Of a DNA stretch of 64,000 nt, positions 52,809 through 62,101 are shown in pieces. Position numbers and translations under genes: made by a program. The first letter of the stretch is position 1, and each line of letters opens with the position of its first letter. Location: the NCBI GenBank assembly GCA_963725865.1, contig CAVSAC010000012.1, positions 64,001-128,000 on the forward strand, written 5' to 3'. The notes beneath the pieces are model-generated. The model was not told the DNA's origin. It ran no database searches and saw nothing but the letters and a program-made list of their open reading frames with translations. The stretch comes from Candidatus Eiseniibacteriota bacterium. GTDB lineage: Bacteria; Eisenbacteria; RBG-16-71-46.

Positions 52809-54989
52809 TTACGGCCGGCCGTGGTCCGCGGACTGGATCCGCCGGGCCGGAGCGTCGCGGCGACGGGGCAGAGCGAGCGCAGCGGGCCCACCATCCTCGC
52901 GGGCGCGCCGACTGGTCTGGGATCCGCGCTGGAAGCGGTAGAGCACGAGGGACGGCGTGCGGACGACCGCAATGAAGCTCTGCGGCAGCGCGTCCAGCTT
53001 CGCGATCGCGTCGACATGAGGGCCCGGCGGGAAGGGCACGAGCATGTAGGGCGTCGGCGTGCGACGCGCCACCACGTAGACCGGGGCAGGCTGGTCGCGC
53101 AGGGCCCGCCAGGTCGAGTCGCTGACGCCCGGTTCGAGCAGCAGGTTGACGACCACGCGCTCGCGCGCGGCGACGACGTCGAGTGGGTGCCCGATCAGCG
53201 CCGAGATCGTCGAATCCCTGCCGCCGAACAGGATCCGCCGCCCCGAGTAGCCCGCCGCGGCCGAGCAGGAGACCCACTGCAGGTCGATGAAGACCGCGTC
53301 GACCGGCGTGCGATCACGTGCGTAGTCGAACACCGCGAAGTCATCGCGCGTCTCCGGGTAGCCCGCGTATCCCCACGCGCCGTCCTGGCGCGCCCAGCCA
53401 TTGAACAGGAGCAGCGCATTCGGCAGGAACACGAGGGCGGCGAGGGTCCATGCCCACCTCCGTCCGATCCGGCGCGTCGCCACGTCCACCAGCGCGCCGA
53501 TGCCCGCGGGAGCGAAGAACGCGATGCCCATGTAGGCGAGGTAGACCAGGTAGGCCTGCGGGGTCCTGGGCATGGGAGGGCTCAGCCCCAGTGAAGTCGC
53601 GAGGCAGACCATCCCGAATCCCAGGCCGAACAGGGCGAGGGCCTTCGAACGCCGATATACGGCGGCCCACCCCCAGAGCGCGGGCAGGATCACGACGCTG
53701 AGGCCCTGCACGACCGGCGGGATGTTCTCCACCATGAGGCGGACCCTCACCGGATGGCCCGCCATCTGGTCGAGATGCTGCGTGAACCAGATGATCCCGA
53801 AGCCGATGCCGGTGCCCGCCACGACCGCCAGGGCCGGACCGATCGCGACTCTCCGACCCTCGACGGTGAGCGCGGCCAGCGCCAGCCCGACACACAGGGC
53901 GACACCGGCCGGCAGCCCCACCACCGGATGCACCACGACGGCACTCATCGCCAGCACCGCGATCGCGACGAGCCGTCCCCTGCCTCCCTCCCGCAGCTGC
54001 ACCGCGACCAGCGCGAACGTCGCGACGATCAGCGAGAGCGCCGTGCCGAGGGTACAGGCACTCAGGAACTTGTAGAGCATCGAGCACAGCACGAAAGAGG
54101 ACTGGTAGATGATGGCGCCGCACACCTGGAAGGCCCTGGGGTGGAGCACCAGCGTCGAGAACTGCTGGTAGAAATCGGCGAGGCCCCGGTCGTGCCCGAC
54201 CAGCGGACCCACCACCAGGCGGGTGGCCATGAGCACCCAACCCAGTGCGTTCATGCCCAGCGCCACGACGGCAGGAGCGAGCCGCCGATACCGCCGCTCC
54301 GTCCAGAACAGCGCCGCCATGCAGTGCGCGCCGAAGCCCAGCACGGCCACCATGGCTCCCCCCACCCACGGGAAGATCCCGAATGGCGTGAGCCCCATCC
54401 CTTCCACCAGCGCCGCCGCCCAGACGTGGAACTGCCACATGTAGGTCAGGGGCATCCCGGCGTAGGCAGGGTCCTGCGGCGGCAGACCGCGCAGCCGGAT
54501 CTCCTCGATGATCTGCACGTGGGAGATCGCGTCCCCGCTCGTGCGTGTCACCAGATCGAGTCCCGGCGGGAGCGCGACCAGCAGCGCGAGGGCGCCGACG
54601 ATCAGCCAGGCGACCCGATCGGCCGGGGCACCGGGACGCGCCCGCGGCCGCAGCAGCAGGGCCCAGATCGTGCAGAGCCCCGCCCAGGCCCAGAGGAACG
54701 CCGGCGCGGGCAGCCCGGCCATGAAGCCGAGCGTGCGGCCCAGGATCGTGACCGGGACGGAAAGCGCCAGGCTCGCCATCGCGCGCTCTTCGGCCGTCGT
54801 GCGCTCCGAGCGCAGCAGGCTCTCCGCAAGCAGCCAACCCGGGAACACGCCCAGGAGCAGGAAGCCGAGCGGAGCGCGCAGCAGCAGGGGGAGATGCACC
54901 TGGGTAGCGAACGCCGCCGCCGCGGCCAGCACGGCCACCGAGTAGAACGGCCACCCGGGCGCCTTCGAGCGAGGGATGAGGGATGCCAT
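52809..54989 (-). CDS. Polytopic membrane protein, GT-C-fold-like
   Basis: At least 12 hydrophobic segments, loop GD...H......PP.DP..AG..L.Y.W..H, C-terminal soluble domain TP.DAVF..SGRR. Confidence 0.6.
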   Translation of the reverse strand: MASLIPRSKAPGWPFYSVAVLAAAAAFATQVHLPLLLRAPLGFLLLGVFPGWLLAESLLRSERTTAEERAMASLALSVPVTILGRTLGFMAGLPAPAFLWAWAGLCTIWALLLRPRARPGAPADRVAWLIVGALALLVALPPGLDLVTRTSGDAISHVQIIEEIRLRGLPPQDPAYAGMPLTYMWQFHVWAAALVEGMGLTPFGIFPWVGGAMVAVLGFGAHCMAALFWTERRYRRLAPAVVALGMNALGWVLMATRLVVGPLVGHDRGLADFYQQFSTLVLHPRAFQVCGAIIYQSSFVLCSMLYKFLSACTLGTALSLIVATFALVAVQLREGGRGRLVAIAVLAMSAVVVHPVVGLPAGVALCVGLALAALTVEGRRVAIGPALAVVAGTGIGFGIIWFTQHLDQMAGHPVRVRLMVENIPPVVQGLSVVILPALWGWAAVYRRSKALALFGLGFGMVCLATSLGLSPPMPRTPQAYLVYLAYMGIAFFAPAGIGALVDVATRRIGRRWAWTLAALVFLPNALLLFNGWARQDGAWGYAGYPETRDDFAVFDYARDRTPVDAVFIDLQWVSCSAAAGYSGRRILFGGRDSTISALIGHPLDVVAARERVVVNLLLEPGVSDSTWRALRDQPAPVYVVARRTPTPYMLVPFPPGPHVDAIAKLDALPQSFIAVVRTPSLVLYRFQRGSQTSRRAREDGGPAALALPRRRDAPARRIQSADHGRP

Positions 54990-54997
54990 GGCGAGGG

Positions 54998-55027
54998 AGG
55001 ATACCAGTCACCCGAAGCGGGCGACAA
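54998..55027 (-). promoter_or_regulatory. Sigma-70-like promoter, probably leaderless
   Basis: TTGTCG-18 bp-(TG)TATCCT, 8 nt before ATG 54989, no SD. Confidence 0.55.
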
Positions 55028-55125
55028 TCCTGGACGCCGGCGCATCGGGCTTGGATACGGTCAGTGCTCCACCGACCGGGCTGACAGGTCACCCCGGGCC
55101 AGCGCGAGCGACTCGACGCGCGCCC

Positions 55126-55368
55126 TCAGCCGCGCGCGGCGTCCTCGAAGAAATCCAGGACGTCGCCCACGGTCTGGATGCCGCGCAGGCGCACAGCGTC
55201 GAATTTGAGCTCGCGGCCCACCGCCTGCTCGACGCGCAGCGCCAGCTCGGAGAAGTCGAGACTCCGGAATCCGATGTCCCGCAGCACGGCGTCCTCGCGC
55301 GTCGTGGCCTCGCGGCTCTGCCGTTTGGCGACCTGCTGCATCAGCGTCAGGATCCGCGCTCGTTCCAT
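55126..55368 (-). CDS. Acyl carrier protein
   Basis: 80 aa; L.DIGFRSLDFSEL..VE (Ppant Ser), TVGDVLD; GGAGG RBS. Confidence 0.85.
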   Translation of the reverse strand: MERARILTLMQQVAKRQSREATTREDAVLRDIGFRSLDFSELALRVEQAVGRELKFDAVRLRGIQTVGDVLDFFEDAARG

Positions 55369-55369
55369 G

Positions 55370-55882
55370 CTACGAGACCTCCCCAGAGGGGTCCGCCGCC
55401 GTCGGCGGCGCCCACGTCATGATCCGTCCTGCGCCTGGACCCAGCGGGGACACGGCGCTCGCTGCGCTCGGCGCCCCGTCCGAGAACCGGCCGAAGGCGA
55501 GCGTCCAGCGCCCGCCCCAGCCCGGCACGACCAGCGCCTCGGCGTCCGCCGGCAGTTCCGGCGTGTGGCCCGCGCGATGCCGCCGCACCCACTCGAGGAT
55601 CGGCAGGTCGAGCAGTTTCGCCGTCACTTCCGCGAGCACCCAGAAGCGCCAGAAGTCCGCGCCCCCGGAGACCAGTCCCGCGAGTACCGGCGGCGCCGCG
55701 GGCTCGTTCCACTCGATGTCGCACGCACATGAGCCAGCGACCTCGTCCGGCCACCAAGCCAGTCGCACCCCATCGGGGGCGTACGAACGGGCGGGCGCGC
55801 CGGCTGCGAGCGTCTCGCTTGGGCCGGCCAGCGCGAAATGTCCCCAGCCCGCCGGCAGCGCGTGCACGGCAGCCGGCGTCAC
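55370..55882 (-). CDS. Divergent 4'-phosphopantetheinyl transferase-like protein
   Basis: ACDIE and FWRFWVLAEVTAK resemble Sfp GxDxE and W..KE...K motifs; adjacent to ACP; GTGA-coupled. Confidence 0.55.
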   Translation of the reverse strand: MTPAAVHALPAGWGHFALAGPSETLAAGAPARSYAPDGVRLAWWPDEVAGSCACDIEWNEPAAPPVLAGLVSGGADFWRFWVLAEVTAKLLDLPILEWVRRHRAGHTPELPADAEALVVPGWGGRWTLAFGRFSDGAPSAASAVSPLGPGAGRIMTWAPPTAADPSGEVS

Positions 55883-56469
55883 GTGCTCGCGCCCCCGTCG
55901 AGGAACACGGTCTGCCCGGTGAGGCTCGGCGGCCCCAGCAGGAGCAGGTCGAGCACGGGCAGCAACTCCGCCTCCTCGACCAGCCGTCCGGTGGGCGTGC
56001 GCCGGCGGATGACCTCGAGCTGCTCCGCCGCGAGCACCGATGACATCTCGGATGCGAAGAACCCCGGCGCGATCGAGTTCACGAGGATGCCGCGCGGACC
56101 CAGTTCGCGCGCGCGCGAGCGCGTGAACGCGTCCATCGCCCCCTTGCTCGCGGAGTACGCCTTGAGCCCGGGGTAGCCGCGGCTGCCGCAGATCGAGGAC
56201 ACGTTCACGATCCGACCGCCGCCGGCGAGGAGCATGCGCTTCACCACCAGCCGGGTGAGCAGCATGGGCGCGACCACGTTGGTCTCGATGATGCGCCGGA
56301 GCAGCTCGGGCGGCGTGTGCGCGAGCAGGTGGTCCTGGCCGATGGCGGCGTTGTTGACCAGGAAGTGGATGACGCCGAAGCCATCGATGACCTCGCCCAC
56401 GAAGCGCTCGACCGTGTCCGCGTCGACCGCGTCCACCTCGCGGAAGAGGAACCGGTCGCCGTGGCGCGC
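55879..56469 (-). pseudogene. FabG-like SDR lacking its N-terminal TGxxxGxG, fused in frame to IS1380 transposase
   Basis: LVNNAAI, NVSS, YSASK, VNSIAPG, TGQ...DGG. Confidence 0.8.
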
Positions 56470-57690
56470 GAGCAGCACGCGGAGCTGGTTGGCGAGGAAG
56501 CGCGAGCAACTCGTGCGGTCGAGCGCGACGTCGAACAGCTCCTTGATCCGGTTCTCGACCTCGCCGCGCTGGCAGTAGATGCGCTCGTAGACCCGCTGCG
56601 CCTTGCCCGGCAGGTTGGTGACGACGAAGCGGGCGTTGAGCTTCGGCTCACGTCCTTCGAGCCGGACGACCTCGGCCTTGCACACGACGCGACGCTCGCG
56701 GCTCCACGTGCCGGCGGCGTAGTTGAAGTCGGTGTAGACGTGCTCGGTCCTGCCCGTGGCGTCACTCAGGACGCGGGCGACGATCATGTCGAGGTCGGCC
56801 TGACGCTCCAGGACCTTGTTCTTGGCCATCGCGACCACGTACTCGACGCCGACGAGGTCGAAGAACTCGAACAGCTCCGGCGCCGCGAAGCCGCCGTCGA
56901 GGCGCACGCGGATGCGGGCCCGAGGGAAGCGCTCCTGCAGCCGGCCGACGATGCGCTTGAGAAGCGTGAGCGCGCCCGCGTGGGTGGGCGCGTTGCCCGG
57001 CCGCAGGGCGGCGGCGCAGAGGAACTGCTCGCGCTCACGGTCGAAGGTCAGGAACGCCAGCATCGGCAGGTAGCACCACGTGTCGTAGAAGCCGTTGAAG
57101 AACGCCATCTGCTGAGCGCCGTGCGTGGGATCGTCGGTGACGTCGAGATCGACGGTGATCCGGCGCACCTTGCGGCGACGCTTGCGATGCCGATCGACCA
57201 CCGCCTTGAACAGGGCGTCGCCCATCGCCAACAACTCGCCGCGGGTGACGTCGTTCTCGAACCGCGACAGCGTCGGCTGCGAGGCGAGCGCGTCACCCGA
57301 GAGCGGGTCGCGGCCGAGCAGCAGCTTGTGCATCGGATCGTCGGCGAGACGCGCGGCGTCGTTGGCGTCTTCGTAGCCGAGTGCCAGGCCGTAGATGCGC
57401 TGGCCGAGCAGGTCCGCCAGGCCGTGCCGCACCTTGCCCGCCTGCCGCTCATCGACCAGCGCGGCCGCGAGTCGCGGGATCAGACCGAGCCGACGTTCCA
57501 TGGCCTTGAGCAGCAGCGCGCCACCGTCGGAGCTGGCGTTCGGGACGTCGAACGTCGCCGTCAGCGGCCGGTCGAACAACTCCGGGAACAGGACACACGG
57601 TGTCGTGGTAGAGTCACGCACGCGAAGACCTCCGTCCTTGGAAGAAGAGCGCCTAGACAACGCCTTTCTACCATGCGGAGGTCTTCGTGT
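56470..57690 (-). mobile_element. Truncated IS1380-family element (transposase from GTG 57621)
   Basis: SSDGGALL, GYEDAND, SQPTLSRFEN, DLDVTDD..HG.Q, RLDGGF, YCQRGEVENRIKE, FLANQ; both ends missing. Confidence 0.88.
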
Positions 57691-59062
57691 GGGCTACCCT
57701 CACGAGGTGTGTAAAAGGCTGATGGCGACGTAACCTTCAGGTTCGCCAAGAACCACGGGCCGAGTGCCCGCAACGAAGGAGAACGCCGCCGTGAGGAAGA
57801 AGACACCCGCCGTGCCCGTGTCGTCAATGCCGACGTGGGAGACCCTCGAGGAGTTCGTGCGCACGAAGATCCAGGCGACGATGCAGTCGGTGCTGGAGGA
57901 AGAGCTGACGGCGTTCCTGGGCCGCGGCAAGTCGGAGCGTCGCGCCGGAGTCGATGTCGCGCCGGGCTACCGCAACGGCCACGGCAAGCCGCGCAAGCTG
58001 GCGCTGTCGTGCGGCACGGTCGCGCTGCAGCGGCCGCGAGCGCGGAACCTGGAGGAACGCTTCGAGAGCCAGGTGTTGCCGCTGTTCGCGCGCCAGAGCC
58101 GCGCGGTGAGCGCGCTGTTGCCGGAGTTGTACCTGCACGGGCTCTCGAAGGGCGACTTCGAACTGGCGATGCGGGGGCTGCTGGGCGAGGGCGCGACGCT
58201 GTCGCCGGCGTCGATCGAACGGCTGCGCGGCAAGTGGCAGGCGGAGTACGACGCCTGGAGCACGCGGGACCTGAGCGATCGCGAGTTGGTCTACGTGTGG
58301 GCCGACGGCGTGTACGTGAAGGCCGGTCTCGAACGCGAGAAGGCGGCGCTGCTGGTGGTGATCGGCGCCAAGGCCGACGGCACCAAGGAAGTGCTGGCCG
58401 TGACGCCGGGCTATCGCGAGAGCACCGAGTCGTGGAAGGCACTGTTCGCGGATCTCAGGGCTCGCGGCCTCGACGCACCGAAGCTGATGGTCGCCGACGG
58501 CGCCGCGGGCGCCTGGGCGGCGGCGGGCGAAGTGTGGCCGGCGATGCGCGAGCAGCGCTGCTGGAACCACAAGCTCGTCAACGTGCTCGATGCGCTGCCG
58601 AAGAAGGTGCAGGCCATGGCGCGCGAGCTGCTGTGCGCGATCCCGTACGTGCCGACACGAGCCGAGGCCCTGAAGCGCCGCGAGCGGTTCGCGAAGGCGT
58701 TCCGCCGGACGCACCCGCGGGCGGTCGAGATCCTCGAGCGCGACTGGGAGCGAATGGTCGCCTTCTACGGCTTCCCGCGCGAACACTGGAAGCACCTGCG
58801 CACGACGAACGTGGTGGAGAGCCCGTTCGCGTCGGTGCGGCTGCGCACGGATGCAGCGAAGCGGTTCAAGAAGACGGAGAACGCGACGGCGATGATCTGG
58901 AGGCTGCTGCTCGTGGCCGAGAGGAACTTCCGCAAGATCGACGCACCGCACCTGGCTGCCGAGGTCTATCGCGGGGTCGTGTTCGAGGACGGAGTGAAGC
59001 TCACGAAGTCGAATCAGAGGGTCGCCGCCTGATGCCGTTTACACACCGCTTGACTCAAGCCC
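57691..59062 (+). mobile_element. IS256-family insertion sequence, copy 2 (1372 bp)
   Basis: Near-identical to copy 1; two differences seen by eye (T9A codon; one base in right IR). Confidence 0.95.
57764..59032 (+). CDS. IS256-family transposase
   Basis: 422 aa, identical to copy 1 except residue 9. Confidence 0.95.
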   Translation: MPATKENAAVRKKTPAVPVSSMPTWETLEEFVRTKIQATMQSVLEEELTAFLGRGKSERRAGVDVAPGYRNGHGKPRKLALSCGTVALQRPRARNLEERFESQVLPLFARQSRAVSALLPELYLHGLSKGDFELAMRGLLGEGATLSPASIERLRGKWQAEYDAWSTRDLSDRELVYVWADGVYVKAGLEREKAALLVVIGAKADGTKEVLAVTPGYRESTESWKALFADLRARGLDAPKLMVADGAAGAWAAAGEVWPAMREQRCWNHKLVNVLDALPKKVQAMARELLCAIPYVPTRAEALKRRERFAKAFRRTHPRAVEILERDWERMVAFYGFPREHWKHLRTTNVVESPFASVRLRTDAAKRFKKTENATAMIWRLLLVAERNFRKIDAPHLAAEVYRGVVFEDGVKLTKSNQRVAA

Positions 59063-59089
59063 GGACTGGCGCAAGTAGGTGAGTGCCCC

Positions 59090-59617
59090 TTACTCACTCT
59101 CTCTCACGTCTCGCTCTCGGCCCTTGACTATAGGCGGCATCGTCCGCTTGAGCTTAAGTGAGGGCCGACGCTGCGCCCCCTGATCTATCCACTTGATGCT
59201 CCATGCGCACTTGGTGCCTGGGGTCGCCCGAACGTTGTCCAATACCTCCGCGCCCCCGCCAACAGCATTCCCGACACACTCTACTAACACGTTGTTATCG
59301 CCAGCCACCATTCTGAGTGTGTATGTGCCGTTTGTGGGTTCATCCACGTCAATGTGTGTGGCCGCGGACGTCGCGGCCCTACCTGCCGCTGGCAGGCCAT
59401 CCCAGAAGGTGCATCCGGGAATGTGCCTCACCGTGGAATCCCGCCTGTCCGAGCTCCTGCCTATCGGGTCGACGAGCACGACACCTGTTGCCCCAGACAC
59501 ACTAACTTGAAGCCGCGCCCCTACCGTCCGCTCCCCCGCACTTACTCCCGCTCCAGTACTACAACCGACAATCAGTACACCACCTATCAGCCCCCTCACA
59601 GCACTCCAGGCTCGCAT
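59090..59617 (-). CDS. Hypothetical exported protein in a lower-GC patch
   Basis: GGAGG RBS, signal/lipobox-like LIVGC, beta-rich; starts 2 nt after the stop of a CTD remnant. Confidence 0.6.
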   Translation of the reverse strand: MRAWSAVRGLIGGVLIVGCSTGAGVSAGERTVGARLQVSVSGATGVVLVDPIGRSSDRRDSTVRHIPGCTFWDGLPAAGRAATSAATHIDVDEPTNGTYTLRMVAGDNNVLVECVGNAVGGGAEVLDNVRATPGTKCAWSIKWIDQGAQRRPSLKLKRTMPPIVKGRERDVRESE

Positions 59618-59619
59618 TC

Positions 59620-59727
59620 CTACCTCCCGCCAAGCACAACAACCCGTCACGTCGAGTTGCCTTCACTCGTCTCCAACCGTACGAAGTACAGTCCTGGCCT
59701 GGTCTCACCCCGCTGCCACGTCACGTC
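59620..59727 (-). pseudogene. Orphan CTD tail with in-frame stop
   Basis: DVTWQRGETRPGLYFVRLETSEGNST*RVVVLGGR*. Confidence 0.65.
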
Positions 59728-59817
59728 CGGACCGAAGGTTGGTCGCCCGGCTGCTATCTCTACCGCATCGAGGCAAGCGGTGTCGCCCGAACTCGGAAGA
59801 TGGTGGTCATTCGCTGA
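59725..59817 (+). pseudogene. Orphan CTD tail (propeller-type)
   Basis: VRTEGWSPGCYLYRIEASGVARTRKMVVIR*. Confidence 0.7.
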
Positions 59818-59914
59818 TGAAGCTACGGCAGCGGGTGTCGCCGGGGACGACCGGCGACTTGAACGCGCGCGAGGGTCGGATCCTCGCGAGGACTTTCTCG
59901 CTACCTGCCGCCGC

Positions 59915-61168
59915 TCAGCCCTTTCGCGCCGCTCCGAACCGCCGCTCGACGTACTCGTCGAGCAGGCGCGCGAAGTCCGCGGCGATGGCGTCGCCCTTGA
60001 GCGTCACCGCGAGCTTGCCGTCCACATAGACCGGCGCGCGCGGGTCCTCGCCGGTGCCGGGCAGCGAGATGCCGATGTCGGCGTGCTTGCTCTCGCCGGG
60101 GCCGTTGACCACGCAGCCCATCACCGCCACCCGCAGCGTCTCGACCCCGGGATAGGTGGCGCGCCAGGCGCTCAAGCGCGCGGCGATGTGGGCGGTGACC
60201 TGCGAGGCCAGCTCTTGGAAGAACGTCGAGGTGGTGCGCCCGCAGCCCGGGCACGACGTCACCTGCGGCGCGAAGTCGCGGATGCCGAGCGACTGCAGGA
60301 TCTGCTGGCAGACCCGCACTTCCTCGGCGCGATCGCCGCCGGGCGCGGGGGTGAGGCTGGTGCGGATGGTGTCGCCGATCCCTTCGAACAGCAGCGTCGA
60401 GAGCGCCGCCGTGGTGGCGACGATGCCCTTGGTGCCGAGTCCGGCCTCGGTGAGCCCGAGGTGGAGCGGGTAGTCGCACGCCGCGGCCAGCGCGCGGTAG
60501 ACCTGCACCAGGTCGCGCACGTCGCTCACCTTGGCCGACAGCACGATGCGATCGTGCGGCTGGCCGAAGCGCTCCGCCAGCTCGGCGGAGCGCAGCGCGC
60601 TCTCGCGGATCGCCTCCAGCACCACCTCGCGGTCGGGCAGCGGCTCGGGGCGCTGGGCGTTCGCGTCCATCATGCGCGTCAGCAGCCCGCGGTCGAGCGA
60701 GCCCCAGTTGACGCCGATGCGCACCGGCTTCGCGTGCGCGACCGCCACCTCGATCATGCGGCGAAAGTTCTCGTCGTGCTTCTCGCCGACCCCGACGTTG
60801 CCGGGGTTGATGCGGTACTTGTCGAGCGCCGCGGCGCACTCGGGGAACTCGCCGAGCAGCGTGTGGCCGTTGTAGTGGAAGTCGCCCACCAGCGGCGCCT
60901 CGCAGCCCTGCTCGCGCAGGCGGCGGCGGATCTCGGGCACCGCGGCCGCGGCCTCGCGGGTGTTGACGGTGATGCGCACCAGCTCCGAGCCGGCCGCGGC
61001 CAGCATCGCGACCTGCGCGGCGGTGGCGCCCGCGTCCTCGGTCGGCGTGTTGGTCATCGATTGCACCACCACCGGATGCCGGCCGCCGAGCGGCACGCGG
61101 CCGACCCAGCAGGTGGGGGTGGCGCGGCGGCCCTTCCGGCGGGTGTCCTCGATCTGGATGATGGGCAT
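59915..61168 (-). CDS. ispG: (E)-4-hydroxy-3-methylbut-2-enyl-diphosphate synthase
   Basis: [51 protein letters not shown]. Confidence 0.98.
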   Translation of the reverse strand: MPIIQIEDTRRKGRRATPTCWVGRVPLGGRHPVVVQSMTNTPTEDAGATAAQVAMLAAAGSELVRITVNTREAAAAVPEIRRRLREQGCEAPLVGDFHYNGHTLLGEFPECAAALDKYRINPGNVGVGEKHDENFRRMIEVAVAHAKPVRIGVNWGSLDRGLLTRMMDANAQRPEPLPDREVVLEAIRESALRSAELAERFGQPHDRIVLSAKVSDVRDLVQVYRALAAACDYPLHLGLTEAGLGTKGIVATTAALSTLLFEGIGDTIRTSLTPAPGGDRAEEVRVCQQILQSLGIRDFAPQVTSCPGCGRTTSTFFQELASQVTAHIAARLSAWRATYPGVETLRVAVMGCVVNGPGESKHADIGISLPGTGEDPRAPVYVDGKLAVTLKGDAIAADFARLLDEYVERRFGAARKG

Positions 61169-61176
61169 GGACGGCG

Positions 61177-61206
61177 AGGATAGGAGCGCGCGCGCGCGGG
61201 CGTCAA
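61177..61206 (-). promoter_or_regulatory. Sigma-70 promoter of ispG, probably leaderless
   Basis: TTGACG-18 bp-TATCCT, 8 nt before ATG, no SD. Confidence 0.65.
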
Positions 61207-61222
61207 CGCGTGCGCGCGGCGC

Positions 61223-62101
61223 TCACGCGGCGCCTGGAATCGTCGGCGCCGGCACCGGAATGGCGAGCGTGGCGACCAGCGCCACCACCAGCATCAGGTA
61301 GGCGAGCCCGATCGCCAGCCGTTGCCCGCGCGGGATCGCGTCGTAGCCCGGGATCGGGTGGCGCCAGCGCTGCCACAGCGTGAACAGGCCGAGCGCCATC
61401 ACGATCAGCAGGATCGGCGAGGGCATCAGCAGCAGCACCAGCACGCCGAGCGCGTAGCCGGCGATCCAGAACGCGCGCGAGAACGCGCCCGCCACCCGCC
61501 CGCCGTCGAGCGGCGAGACCGGCAGCAGGTTGAACAGGTTGAGCCACGCGCCGACGTGGCCGAGGCCGATCAGGATCGGCCAGCCGCCCGCGAGCCCCGC
61601 CGCCATCACCGCCCACGCGCCGAGCGAGCCGAGCACCGGCCCGGCGATCCCCACCCGCGCCTCGACCGCGGCGTCGCGCGGCCGCCCGCGCATCGAGATC
61701 ACGGCGCCCACGAACGGGATGAACACCGGCGCGCCGGCCGGGATGCCCTCGCGGCGCAGCATCAACGCGTGCCCCAGCTCGTGCACCAGGATCAGCAGCA
61801 CGAAACCGGTCGCGAACGGCCAGCCCCACTGGGTGGCGTACACCGCGATCGAGATCAGCAGGGTCACGATGGTCTTGAGCTGGAGCAGCTCGCCGAGCAG
61901 CCCGACGAACTTGAGCTTGCCGAGCACCAGGACCGCCGCGGCGGCGATGCTCCCGAGCACGCCATTGCGGCCGCGGTGCGTGGGCCCGTGCGCCGGATCG
62001 CCGGCGGACGCCGTGCCGGGCGCGCGCGGCTTCTCGCGCAGGCTCGCGGCCACCGCGCGCAGGTTCTCGAGGTGGCGCTGCTCTTCGGGGGTCGGCGTCA
62101 C
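61223..62101 (-). CDS. Site-2 protease (M50 family)
   Basis: HELGH, AGP, NLLPVSPLDGG; GTGA-coupled. Confidence 0.92.
   Translation of the reverse strand: MTPTPEEQRHLENLRAVAASLREKPRAPGTASAGDPAHGPTHRGRNGVLGSIAAAAVLVLGKLKFVGLLGELLQLKTIVTLLISIAVYATQWGWPFATGFVLLILVHELGHALMLRREGIPAGAPVFIPFVGAVISMRGRPRDAAVEARVGIAGPVLGSLGAWAVMAAGLAGGWPILIGLGHVGAWLNLFNLLPVSPLDGGRVAGAFSRAFWIAGYALGVLVLLLMPSPILLIVMALGLFTLWQRWRHPIPGYDAIPRGQRLAIGLAYLMLVVALVATLAIPVPAPTIPGAA

Larger units (their letters stand above)
46586..59062 (+). mobile_element. IS256-bounded composite transposon (12,477 bp)
   Basis: Two directly oriented IS copies; 9-bp GGACTGGCG at 46577-46585 and 59063-59071. Confidence 0.92.

Noticed and set aside
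48370..56469. Complete secondary-metabolite biosynthetic cluster
   Set aside because: No ketosynthase, NRPS, adenylation enzyme or GT1; the SDR is truncated
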